A DNA stretch of 39,104 nt. It comes from an uncultured Methanosarcinales archaeon. Lineage in GTDB: Archaea > Nanobdellota > Nanobdellia > Woesearchaeales > JAGVZT01. This document shows positions 28,274-37,344 of the stretch, one piece after another (position 1 is the first letter of the stretch; each line of letters starts with the position of its first letter). The position numbers and the translations under genes are program-made. Location of the stretch: NCBI GenBank assembly GCA_964419615.1, contig CAYQPU010000006.1, positions 15,418 through 54,521 of the forward strand. The letters are read 5' to 3'. Below the pieces are notes generated by a model. That model had not been told where the DNA came from and did no database searches. It saw only the letters and a program-made list of their open reading frames with translations.

Positions 28274-29824
28274 ATGAAACTGAACAAGATCTTGTTTGGA
28301 GCTGTCCTATTTGTTTTGCTAGCAACATTTGTATTGGCAGATCCTACAATTACTGTTCCAGGCGCTCAAGCAGTTAATGAAAACGAACAATTACAGTTTG
28401 TGATCACTGCAACTGCTGCGGACAATGGAACAAACACATTTAGCACAGATGCTGCTTTTGCATCAAATCTAGTGCAAAATAGTCAAACACAAGCAACATT
28501 CACCTGGACACCTGATTATGATGATGCAGGTGCTCAAGTAATTAACTTTGATGTGAGTGATGCAGATTCAACTGATGCTGGAAGCGTTGTTGTGACTGTT
28601 AGTAATGTCAATAGAGCACCAAGTATTACAAGCTCAGCTGACACAGATGCTAAGATTGATGACACATATTATTATAATGTAGATGCAACTGACGCAGATG
28701 GAGATGTATTAATTTACTCACTGGCCCAAAGTCCAGATGGTATGACAATTGATTCTGATGATGGAGAGATTAGATGGAGTCCAAATGCAACTAACTTTAA
28801 TGGAAATAATGTTAAAGTTGAAGTTACAGATGGAACTGACACAGTTTCTCAAACATATAGTATTGATGTTGTTGCTCTGGAAATTGACAGACTTGAAGTT
28901 ACTGTTGATGATAATGATGACAAGCTTGATGATGGAGATACATTTGATGTAAAACCTGGAGAAGCTATCAGCTTTGAGTTTACTATTAAGAATCTTTACT
29001 CAGGAGACACTGATGATGAAGAAGTAGACATAGAAGACATTGAAATCAAGGTTACAATCGAAGATTGGGATAGTGGAGACGAAGATTGGAAAAGTGATGA
29101 ATTCGACATTGATTATGATGAAGAAGAAACAATCACTTTGGATATTGACACAGTTCCATCTGATATCGATGATGGTAAACATGATGTCATAATCGAAATT
29201 GACGGTAAAGATGAAGAAGGAAACAGACATGAGATTGAATGGACTGTTCAAATGGATGTTGAAAAGAACAGAGAAGATATTCAACTTTCAAATTTCAACC
29301 TAGAACCTTCTTCAGTTAGCTGTAATAGAAATTTTGCAATTACAGGTAAGTTAAAGAACTACGGAACAAAGGACTCTGATGAGATTGTATTTGAAGCAAA
29401 GAACTCCCAACTGGGAGTTTCACTGCAAAAGTACAATATTGACTTAAATGATGGTCAGTCAAAGTCACTTGATGAGAGTATGTTTATTATGGGAGATGTT
29501 TCACCTGGTGTTTATTCAATAAGAATTTCAACGTATTTTGACTTGGATGATTTTGATGACCAGGATGTTTCTGACTCTGAGAACTTACAACTGACAGTTT
29601 TAAGATGTCAGCAAGATGTAGAAGAAGAGGAAGAGGAACAAGAAGAACCTGAAATTGAAGTGATTACACCTCCACCTGCAACAGGAGGAGATGTTCCTGT
29701 AGAACCTGTTGAAGAAGGCAACTTCCTAACAAAAAACAACTTATATCTTGTAGGATTAATCTTGGCAAATGTAATGATTTTGCTTGTGATAATCTTTATG
29801 CTTGTAAAACTTGCAACAAGGTAG
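28274..29824 (+). CDS. Acidic S-layer-like surface protein with cadherin/putative Ig and CARDB-like domains and a C-terminal TM anchor
   Basis: GGAGG SD before ATG28274 (preferred over 28205), signal peptide, VNRAPSITS and DADGDVLIYSL...GMTIDSDDGEIRWSP repeats, a Glu/Pro linker and a TM helix. Confidence 0.8.
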   Translation: MKLNKILFGAVLFVLLATFVLADPTITVPGAQAVNENEQLQFVITATAADNGTNTFSTDAAFASNLVQNSQTQATFTWTPDYDDAGAQVINFDVSDADSTDAGSVVVTVSNVNRAPSITSSADTDAKIDDTYYYNVDATDADGDVLIYSLAQSPDGMTIDSDDGEIRWSPNATNFNGNNVKVEVTDGTDTVSQTYSIDVVALEIDRLEVTVDDNDDKLDDGDTFDVKPGEAISFEFTIKNLYSGDTDDEEVDIEDIEIKVTIEDWDSGDEDWKSDEFDIDYDEEETITLDIDTVPSDIDDGKHDVIIEIDGKDEEGNRHEIEWTVQMDVEKNREDIQLSNFNLEPSSVSCNRNFAITGKLKNYGTKDSDEIVFEAKNSQLGVSLQKYNIDLNDGQSKSLDESMFIMGDVSPGVYSIRISTYFDLDDFDDQDVSDSENLQLTVLRCQQDVEEEEEEQEEPEIEVITPPPATGGDVPVEPVEEGNFLTKNNLYLVGLILANVMILLVIIFMLVKLATR

Positions 29825-29825
29825 A

Positions 29826-29854
29826 TTTGTTTTATTTTTTTTCTTTGTTTTTTT
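29826..29854 (+). terminator. Oligo-T archaeal terminator
   Basis: Long T-tracts immediately after the stop of the 28274 gene. Confidence 0.55.
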
Positions 29855-29870
29855 AAATTCCTAGATATAG

Positions 29871-30671
29871 CTATTTCCCTTCAATAAACTTTTTCATTAC
29901 ATCGACAAATTCATAAGCTTCTTTAAAGTATTTGTCATATTCTGCTCCTGAGATTTCTTTGATTTCTCTGTGAACTATTTTTTTTGACAAAGTATAGAAT
30001 TTACTCATTGTTTTAACATATTTTTTATCTAGTAGTTTATGTTTGACCATTTTTTCATCTAGCATGTCTGCCACATGACCTGGACTTGGTGGAATTTCAT
30101 CAAGCTTCATTAAAGATGCATGTGCAGAATCAATTACTGCCCAATACAAGTCCAAAGTTGCTTGGTTAAGATGCCATTTGGAATTATGAAGTGTTGTTGG
30201 AGCTCTGGTAAAATAAGTCCAAATTGATTCTGGTGATGGTCTGATTCTTCCTTGTAGTAGTAAGAGTTGTAAAGGTCTAAATAGTCCAGTATCTAATAAA
30301 GGGATTCCATCTCTAAGGATGTTTATTCCAACTGGATCTCCTACTCTGACATACTCCCAAAAGGTGCTTAGTTTAAGTGATGTGATATGAAGTTTTGGTG
30401 AGAGATCAGCATTTATTCTTTCAAGAATTATCCTATATGTTTCTGCAACATCTGCTGTTAGAATTAAGCTGACATCATCTACTAATATTAAGATATCAAT
30501 GTCCCCAGTTTTAGTTTCTTTTCTCGCTGTACTTCCGAATAATACAACTGCTTTTAAGAAATCACCAAATTCTTTGTAGATTTTATTTGTAAATTTATAG
30601 GCTAGATCAAGATCATTTTTTTTATGATCTGGTTTTTGACCTACCTGCCTCTTTTGTACTTTAAACTCCAT
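29871..30671 (-). CDS. Minimal nucleotidyltransferase (MNT)-HEPN fusion protein
   Basis: LFGSTAR...GDIDIL Pol-beta motif. C-terminal HEPN helices (LYWAVIDSAHASL, YFKEAYEFV). Confidence 0.8.
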   Translation of the reverse strand: MEFKVQKRQVGQKPDHKKNDLDLAYKFTNKIYKEFGDFLKAVVLFGSTARKETKTGDIDILILVDDVSLILTADVAETYRIILERINADLSPKLHITSLKLSTFWEYVRVGDPVGINILRDGIPLLDTGLFRPLQLLLLQGRIRPSPESIWTYFTRAPTTLHNSKWHLNQATLDLYWAVIDSAHASLMKLDEIPPSPGHVADMLDEKMVKHKLLDKKYVKTMSKFYTLSKKIVHREIKEISGAEYDKYFKEAYEFVDVMKKFIEGK

Positions 30672-30778
30672 GTATTCCCTCTTTTTATTTGAGTTTTTTA
30701 AGTTTTTTGACTATCTTTTGATAGTGTATTCAATTAGAGATAAGTATATATATATGTTTTTGTTTTTTTGGCATTGAC

Positions 30779-31660
30779 ATGGAAGATATTGATAAGTATG
30801 AGAAAGCAGGAAAAATTGCTGCTGAAGCTTTAGTTTATGGAAAACAACTAATTCAAAAAGAAAGTTTTCTTTTGGATGTAACCGAAAAGATTGAAGATTT
30901 TGTTAAAAAAAAGGCTGGACTTGCATTTCCAGTTCAGATTGCAATGAATAGTGTGGCTGCTCATTTTTATCCAGATCAGGATGATGAGATAAGATTTGAA
31001 GATCAGGTTTGTAAGTTAGATGTGGGAGTGCATGTTGATGGTTTTGTTGGAGATAATGCTGTTACAGTTGATTTATCTGGAAAGCACTCTGAATTGGTAC
31101 AAGCATCTAGAGAAGCACTGGAAAATGCTATTAAAATTGTCAAACATGGAGTTCAAGTTGGTGAGATAGGTAAAGTTATTCAAGATTCTATTACCAAATA
31201 TGGCTTGGCTCCGGTTAGAAACCTGAGTGGGCATGGGCTTGATGAATATAATGTTCATACTCCACCAAATATTCCCAATACAGCAACAGGTGATACTACC
31301 ACTTTAGATGAAGGTGAAGTGGTTGCTATTGAACCGTTTGCATCGACTGGTGCAGGTATTGTTATTGAGACTAGCAATCCAACTTTGTACCAGATTATTG
31401 AACCAAAGCCAGTCAGGGATAGATCAACAAGGCAGATTCTGGAGCACATTATGAGTTATAACAATTTACCATTTGCTAAGAGATGGTTGATAAAAGAATT
31501 TCCATTGTTTAAGGTTAATTTTGCTTTGAGGAGAATGTTGAATTTGAAGATAATTTCCAGTTTTCCTCCGCTTGTGGACAAGGCAAAGGGTATTGTTAGT
31601 CAGGCAGAGTATAGTGTGCTGGTTGAGAAAGATGGTTGTAGAATATTGACTAAAGCTTAA
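30779..31660 (+). CDS. map: Methionine aminopeptidase type II
   Basis: AAHF, DVGVHVDG..GD, GHG, AIEPF and QAE metal ligands, plus the type II helical insertion. Confidence 0.95.
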   Translation: MEDIDKYEKAGKIAAEALVYGKQLIQKESFLLDVTEKIEDFVKKKAGLAFPVQIAMNSVAAHFYPDQDDEIRFEDQVCKLDVGVHVDGFVGDNAVTVDLSGKHSELVQASREALENAIKIVKHGVQVGEIGKVIQDSITKYGLAPVRNLSGHGLDEYNVHTPPNIPNTATGDTTTLDEGEVVAIEPFASTGAGIVIETSNPTLYQIIEPKPVRDRSTRQILEHIMSYNNLPFAKRWLIKEFPLFKVNFALRRMLNLKIISSFPPLVDKAKGIVSQAEYSVLVEKDGCRILTKA

Positions 31661-32253
31661 CCTGGAGGCTCTTCTCTCTTACATATCTCTAAGTATTCTT
31701 TTGCTAACACACTAAGTTTCTCGTGTGTTAATCTATAACCTTCTTCATCAAAATAACTGCCTTCCATTGAAATGATCCCCATTTTAGTTTGAAATTCAAG
31801 GAGCATATCAGCTCGTTCTTGCTCTGACACATCTAGACTATTATCAGAGTCCCCACACACGACGTATAATCTCTGGAAATCTTCGTTATTAGTAATATCT
31901 TCAACAATGTTCCCGCAACCAGTACCAACATACTCTTCCACCAAAACTCCTAATTCAGTAAAATCAACTGGATTACCAGCTGGATCAGAGTAGAAAACCT
32001 CTTCAACACCAGAGCTTGTTGTCTCAAGCACCAAAGAAAAACCATAAACATCACCAAATTCTTTATAAAAACCATGCATCTCGTACTTTGATACTTCTGT
32101 GTCTTTATTATAATCCCCACAAACTGTTGCAGCTCTGTCTAAAATCGGCATAAATATCTCAACAGGTTCAGGTTCAGAATCACAGCCAACCATACTTGTT
32201 GCAGCAATCATAGCTGCTAGACCAACCAAAGTAAATTGTATTGTTTTATTCAT
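31657..32253 (-). CDS. Lipoprotein with two tandem repeats, each carrying an EF-hand-like loop
   Basis: Lipobox MVGC24; loops DYNKDTEVSKYE (47-58) and DSDNSLDVSEQE (135-146); GGAGG SD. Confidence 0.7.
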   Translation of the reverse strand: MNKTIQFTLVGLAAMIAATSMVGCDSEPEPVEIFMPILDRAATVCGDYNKDTEVSKYEMHGFYKEFGDVYGFSLVLETTSSGVEEVFYSDPAGNPVDFTELGVLVEEYVGTGCGNIVEDITNNEDFQRLYVVCGDSDNSLDVSEQERADMLLEFQTKMGIISMEGSYFDEEGYRLTHEKLSVLAKEYLEICKREEPPG

Positions 32254-33955
32254 TTTCCTCCCTTATTCCCGCATCTTTTTCAGTTTGACCAAACCATTCA
32301 TTAAATCCTTTTTCATATTCTTCTAGCTCTCTTTGCTCAGCAGTAGCCTTTTGTTCATCAATATAAGTGTTTAACTCTGATACTTTTCCTAATGTCACTA
32401 GTTCTTCATTTGGAAATTCTTGTGTAAGACTACCAAGCAGTTCTTTTGCATAATCATAATTTTCTATTCCTGTTGCAAGTTCTGCTAATGTGTAGTATGC
32501 TTGAGCAGCCCAATATTTTTGAAAAGGTTCATAACCTGTGGTAAGTGCTATTGATTCTTCTAGATGGCCAGCAACTGCTATAACATCTTCATACTCAAAA
32601 ACAGCACCTTCCTGATCCCAACCCATATCCTTTAACATAAGGTGAGCAATAGAATAGTGTGCAATTGAAGCTCTGAATGGATTTCCATGTGCACTTGCAC
32701 GGTAAATGTCAACTATCTCATCTTGATCAATTGCATATGCTCCTACCAAATCTTCAGGTAGTCTTAGTACACTTATTTTGTCTTCTTCTGCAACTGACAA
32801 AAGTTCAGCTTGTCCTGCATAAATGCTTGCTAAAACATAATTCATCTTAAATGCAAGATTTGTTCCAGGTGCTTGTTTGATTATATCCTTGATCCACTCT
32901 TCTGTTAGATCATGTGCATTTTTGGGATTGTGGTATTGTTGAACATTAAAATTGTCAATAACCAAATCTAATAGGTTTTTAGTTGACCATGCGCTTATTT
33001 TTGGATAATCTAACAACAATGTTGTTTGTTCATCTACAATCTCTTCTGCAGAGAATAAATTTTGATTAAAGTATTTTGTAATATAGATTTCATATTGTGA
33101 ACTGTATGCTTCAACAGTTCCCGGATGCATGAGTATAATCTGCTGAAAAGCATCAATTTTTTCAGATAACAGTTCAGGATCAATTGTTGTCCCCTGATTG
33201 TCCATGCTATCTGGCATGTTCATTGCTTCAACATATAGATAATTTGCTTCATCGGAATTAGGAAGGATTTGATAATCTACGCTAATAACTTTACTGTTTA
33301 TTCCAAGTGTTATTGCTTCTGTTATAGGTGGGAGTTCTTCAGAAGGTTGTGCTGCTAGTATTTGATCATATACTGGTCTCATGAAGTCCCTTCTGCTGTT
33401 AGCATAAATGCTCTCGCTCCTTATTCCAGCATATAACCAAGCTACTCCAATTAAGCAAGAACTCATAACTATCCAACCTAAAGTGCCAAATATTTTTGAT
33501 CTGACTCCTTGTTTAACACTATCTGAGTGATGGAAATCATTTGAAACATTGCTCTTAACATTTTCTCTATTTTGTTTTTTAATCTCTGATTCAATTAGTT
33601 TTTTTACTCGGTTACCATAGCCCGCTAGATCATTTGGTGATGATTTTCCTGATATCACAGAAGCTATGAAACTTGTAATGTCTTTTGGAGTGATATCTGA
33701 GTTCAATAGAGTTTGCAGAACTTCTGATCTTCTGCCCATTGAAAATACATACTGCCTGATTAGAAGGTCGCCAAATTCGTCTCTAGTTGTTACATCTCTT
33801 AGTTGCCTATAAAATTCTGGATCAGGATCTTTTGCTATTCTGTTAGCTAGTATTAAAAGAGCAGGGTGATTAACAAGTTCATCAATTGTTTGATCTCCTG
33901 GTTCATATAACGCATTTGACATTGCTACAATATCTTTTATTGCTGGATCACTCAT
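32246..33955 (-). CDS. Single-pass membrane protein with a cytoplasmic N-domain and extracellular TPR-like repeats
   Basis: TM IFGTLGWIVMSSCLIGVAWLYAG; TPR-like helices (AYSSQYEI, AFKMNYVLASIY, AQAYYTLAEL...NYDYAKELL); ATGA overlap. Confidence 0.72.
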   Translation of the reverse strand: MSDPAIKDIVAMSNALYEPGDQTIDELVNHPALLILANRIAKDPDPEFYRQLRDVTTRDEFGDLLIRQYVFSMGRRSEVLQTLLNSDITPKDITSFIASVISGKSSPNDLAGYGNRVKKLIESEIKKQNRENVKSNVSNDFHHSDSVKQGVRSKIFGTLGWIVMSSCLIGVAWLYAGIRSESIYANSRRDFMRPVYDQILAAQPSEELPPITEAITLGINSKVISVDYQILPNSDEANYLYVEAMNMPDSMDNQGTTIDPELLSEKIDAFQQIILMHPGTVEAYSSQYEIYITKYFNQNLFSAEEIVDEQTTLLLDYPKISAWSTKNLLDLVIDNFNVQQYHNPKNAHDLTEEWIKDIIKQAPGTNLAFKMNYVLASIYAGQAELLSVAEEDKISVLRLPEDLVGAYAIDQDEIVDIYRASAHGNPFRASIAHYSIAHLMLKDMGWDQEGAVFEYEDVIAVAGHLEESIALTTGYEPFQKYWAAQAYYTLAELATGIENYDYAKELLGSLTQEFPNEELVTLGKVSELNTYIDEQKATAEQRELEEYEKGFNEWFGQTEKDAGIREENE

Positions 33956-34785
33956 TTTAGGATCTCCTCCAACACAGTTTTATAATCAAAGGATACGGGA
34001 TCAATACCAATTTCATCAACAAACTCCTCTAAACCTTGGTCTACAAGACCAGGTACATTGACATCCAATTCTTTTTCCAAGTATTCACCAAGAGTTTGAT
34101 CCAAATGATCTGGGATTTCAACACTATATTCCACCCTAACATGTTCCATATATTGTCTTTGATCTGCTAATTGATCTTGGTAAAAGACAAGTCCATTAAA
34201 GAGAGCTATTGCTAATACTCCTGCAATAACAATGGTTCCTAAAACTCTTGGAAATCTACTCCTTCCTCTGATTCTCTTCTTTACTTCCCTGTTTTCATTA
34301 TATTTGTCATGATAATTTCCTAGTAATTCTTCCTCATATTTTGCTTTAAAACCTAACTTAAGTTTCTCAATTAAGTTATCAGTTTGTTTTTTTATTTGTC
34401 TTGATGGAATTGCAGAGAAATATATTGATGCCGCTTTAACAAGATTTGAATCTAGAGTCCTTTCAGATCTATCCATTGCAGCTTCAATCTCTGCTCTGAC
34501 ATTCTCATCTGCAGCGGTATTAATAAACATATCAGCAATCAATAGCTTTGAGTAATCTTGCATGCTCTCAAGTTTATGCAAGTATTTTTCATCTTGAGAT
34601 GTTGTTAATAATGACAACAAACGTCTAGTTGTGTATAATTTTGTTGCTGAAATTGCTTCAAATGGAGTGATGTCTCTTAAATCATCTTCCTCTATCTCTT
34701 CAGGAGGTGTCATCAGTAAATCAAAGAAGTCGTCTACATCTTGCTTTGTTTTGTCTGCAACTCTTGTTCCTGTGTTTGGACCCAT
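33952..34785 (-). CDS. Single-pass (type II) membrane protein of unknown function
   Basis: Basic KKRIRGRSRFPR followed by TM VLGTIVIAGVLAIALFNGLVFY; GGAGG SD; abuts the E1 stop. Confidence 0.72.
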   Translation of the reverse strand: MGPNTGTRVADKTKQDVDDFFDLLMTPPEEIEEDDLRDITPFEAISATKLYTTRRLLSLLTTSQDEKYLHKLESMQDYSKLLIADMFINTAADENVRAEIEAAMDRSERTLDSNLVKAASIYFSAIPSRQIKKQTDNLIEKLKLGFKAKYEEELLGNYHDKYNENREVKKRIRGRSRFPRVLGTIVIAGVLAIALFNGLVFYQDQLADQRQYMEHVRVEYSVEIPDHLDQTLGEYLEKELDVNVPGLVDQGLEEFVDEIGIDPVSFDYKTVLEEILK

Positions 34786-36189
34786 TTATTTTCCTCCAAA
34801 ATGATTGCATTTGTAGTCTGCTTGAATAAAAGCTACTCTGTTAGGTCTTTTGCTACTGTAATCAAAATATCCTCTTGGCATTGGTAAACCAGCTGCCCAT
34901 CTATCAAACAAACTCAGCATTGCATTAGCCCCTATCATGTTTGTTGTACCTACAGAGGGATCGGGTTCTTCAATGCACCCAGCAGGCACATGATCTCTTT
35001 CTGCTAGTTCACTAATATTAAAGACCTCTTCAAGACAAGCAGTTTCACCTGGAACTGCTGCATAAGCTTCACTAGATTTTGCTGTTGAAGTTGCATAAAA
35101 TAAAGGAATATTAATATTATGTTTAGTTGCTGTGTCATTTAACAGGTTGGATAAAGGATGTGAGTCTCCACATCTAAAAATTGCATCTGGAATCTTTCCT
35201 TTAAACTTTCCTTCAAAGTACTCATCATATGCTCTGATTTTTGTTTTCCCATATTTTCTCAAGATTTTAGCTGTTGTGGAAGCTTTTGGAAGACCAATAC
35301 AATCATCAAGCAAAGATATTTCAAAAAGTCTATTTAAGTTAAGTTCTTCATATTCATCTTTATCCCAAAGTCTTACTTCTTTTACTCCTCTTTGGATTAA
35401 TCCTATAGCTACAGGTAATCCAAGTCCACTAACTCCAATAACATCCACTACCAAATCATAGTTTGGAACAGGAGCTTCATGGTCATCCTCATAACCAACA
35501 AAAACATCTGATAAGAAGTTTACATGGACTGTTTCCTCTGACTTTGTCTCACCAGGTAAAGGAATAACAAGTTTTCTTACCATGTCTCCAACAACTCCTC
35601 CAATTAAACCAGCAATTACTGGATCTTGGGGTTGTTTTCTATACCCTGGGGAAAGTTGTCCATAAGTGACAATATCAGCACCCCTTGATCTTTTGGGTAA
35701 TATTATTTTTGCTTCTCCTGTCCATTTCATTGCAGAAGCATTGACCATTGGAATATTTCTTGAATGACAGTATTTTATTAGTAAAGATTCTAGGATTGGA
35801 TTATTTGTTGCATCAACAATAACAGCATGATCAGATACACCTTTATTATCAAGCAATGCAAAATCTCCTCCATCCAAATTCCAAATAGTGCCCATTTTTG
35901 TATTTAGATAATTATGCATTATATCAGGACTGCTTCTTTTAAGAATATCTTCAAGTATTTCTACTTTAAAGGTGCCTGGTGCAGCCCCATGATAGATGAA
36001 CTCATCTGCATTGAATCTTCTATAGATTGCATTATCATAGATATCAATATCTGAAAATCCAAGCATTGATAGAGCTCTAAGTGTTTGAATTGCTAAGGGT
36101 TCAGAACCAAACACACCAATTGAAGCCTCGTAAAGCTTGGACTGATCCCACCCGTCAATTGCTTGTTGTCTTAGATATCTATCACTCAT
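34786..36189 (-). CDS. E1-like ubiquitin/Ubl-activating enzyme with tandem ThiF domains (inactive then active adenylation domain)
   Basis: Domain 1: DRYLRQ..IDGWDQSKL with degenerate GSEPLA. Domain 2: IGVSGLG, DKDEYEELNLNR, PKA, and AGC405IEEPDPSVGTT as candidate catalytic Cys. Confidence 0.85.
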   Translation of the reverse strand: MSDRYLRQQAIDGWDQSKLYEASIGVFGSEPLAIQTLRALSMLGFSDIDIYDNAIYRRFNADEFIYHGAAPGTFKVEILEDILKRSSPDIMHNYLNTKMGTIWNLDGGDFALLDNKGVSDHAVIVDATNNPILESLLIKYCHSRNIPMVNASAMKWTGEAKIILPKRSRGADIVTYGQLSPGYRKQPQDPVIAGLIGGVVGDMVRKLVIPLPGETKSEETVHVNFLSDVFVGYEDDHEAPVPNYDLVVDVIGVSGLGLPVAIGLIQRGVKEVRLWDKDEYEELNLNRLFEISLLDDCIGLPKASTTAKILRKYGKTKIRAYDEYFEGKFKGKIPDAIFRCGDSHPLSNLLNDTATKHNINIPLFYATSTAKSSEAYAAVPGETACLEEVFNISELAERDHVPAGCIEEPDPSVGTTNMIGANAMLSLFDRWAAGLPMPRGYFDYSSKRPNRVAFIQADYKCNHFGGK

Positions 36190-36195
36190 GTATTA

Positions 36196-37344
36196 TCACT
36201 TTAGATTACCTTTTGTTGGTCTATCTCTCCACCATTCCAAAAAGGTGGAAAATAATGCTCCAATCAGAGTTTGGTGTTCAGTTGATTTCACACTAACTGG
36301 TTTTGGAGTCTTTTCAACAACTTCTTTCTCTGGTTCATCTTCTTCATCTACACCAGTTTGTTGTTTTCTTCTAACTCTCCTTGGAGGTCTTAGTGGTTCA
36401 ACAATGTTTTTCATAACATCATATCTCATTTCTTCATCATCAACAATGACATCACCTTCAACATCATGCCAAACTTTTGTTGGCAATCCCCTTCCAGTAG
36501 GTCCAGTTAACAATTCAATTCTTCCAGGTACACCATTAATGTATTCTCTGACAAGTGCTTCAGCATAGATATGTCTACAGTAACCTCCTTCGGAAGTACC
36601 ATCTAGTTTCAATAACTGCTCCTCTCCAATACCTGTACAAATTATACTGATTATGTATTGAAGTTCAATTGTTTGATAGTCAGTTAATTCCTTAATCCCT
36701 GGGCCATTTACAAAATAGTCTTTTACAATCTCCAATAATTCACTTTGTTCTTCCAAGGAAACATCAAATTGTTCCGAGTGCATTCCAAGAGAATTAAGTA
36801 TTGGTTCTAATGGAATACCCATTTTTGTATCTGTTAATAGATCAGACAGCATTAAATATCCTTTACTTTCATCATAAACACAATCAAGATTATTCATTGT
36901 TACTTCTTTAAAGCCCAGAATTTTATTTTGAGGCCTTTTGTACAATATCCTATAGTTTTGTGGCCTATCACCATCTGCGTGATTTGATGGACTAAGTGAG
37001 TGAAATCTTGGATGAAAATGACCCCATCCATCCACAACTACATTTTCAGGATTGTCAGTAGGAAATTCAGCAGCTGCATTACCCAGCCATTCCACGCTAC
37101 CACCTGATGCTTCGTAGTGTTTTGGTATGAATATATCTCTTTTTAGTCCTTCATCACTGATTCTCAAAGGCAAAAAACATGCTTCCTTTCTTCCAAGTTC
37201 TTCTTCTACATGGTGATACATGCTTGTTATTTTTCTAATACAACCAGCTGATATGTCTAATCTATCTACTGAAGGAGTATTATAGTTTACAACTACATCA
37301 CCACTACCGATAGCCATTAATTCTCCAACGATTTCATCTCCCAT
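36196..37344 (-). CDS. JAB/MPN+ (JAMM) metalloprotease, deubiquitinase-like
   Basis: E54 and GWGH109FH111P...PS120NHAD124; a large insertion before the last strand (YIISIIC); acidic tail with a terminal amphipathic helix. Confidence 0.8.
   Translation of the reverse strand: MGDEIVGELMAIGSGDVVVNYNTPSVDRLDISAGCIRKITSMYHHVEEELGRKEACFLPLRISDEGLKRDIFIPKHYEASGGSVEWLGNAAAEFPTDNPENVVVDGWGHFHPRFHSLSPSNHADGDRPQNYRILYKRPQNKILGFKEVTMNNLDCVYDESKGYLMLSDLLTDTKMGIPLEPILNSLGMHSEQFDVSLEEQSELLEIVKDYFVNGPGIKELTDYQTIELQYIISIICTGIGEEQLLKLDGTSEGGYCRHIYAEALVREYINGVPGRIELLTGPTGRGLPTKVWHDVEGDVIVDDEEMRYDVMKNIVEPLRPPRRVRRKQQTGVDEEDEPEKEVVEKTPKPVSVKSTEHQTLIGALFSTFLEWWRDRPTKGNLK

Noticed and set aside
29625-29650. GAAGAA/GAG-rich run as a DNA repeat element
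   Set aside because: It simply encodes the poly-Glu linker of the surface protein.
34786-34800. E1 C-terminal ...FGGK as a ubiquitin-like di-glycine
   Set aside because: The GG codons are the GGAGG Shine-Dalgarno of the next gene, and there is no beta-grasp domain.
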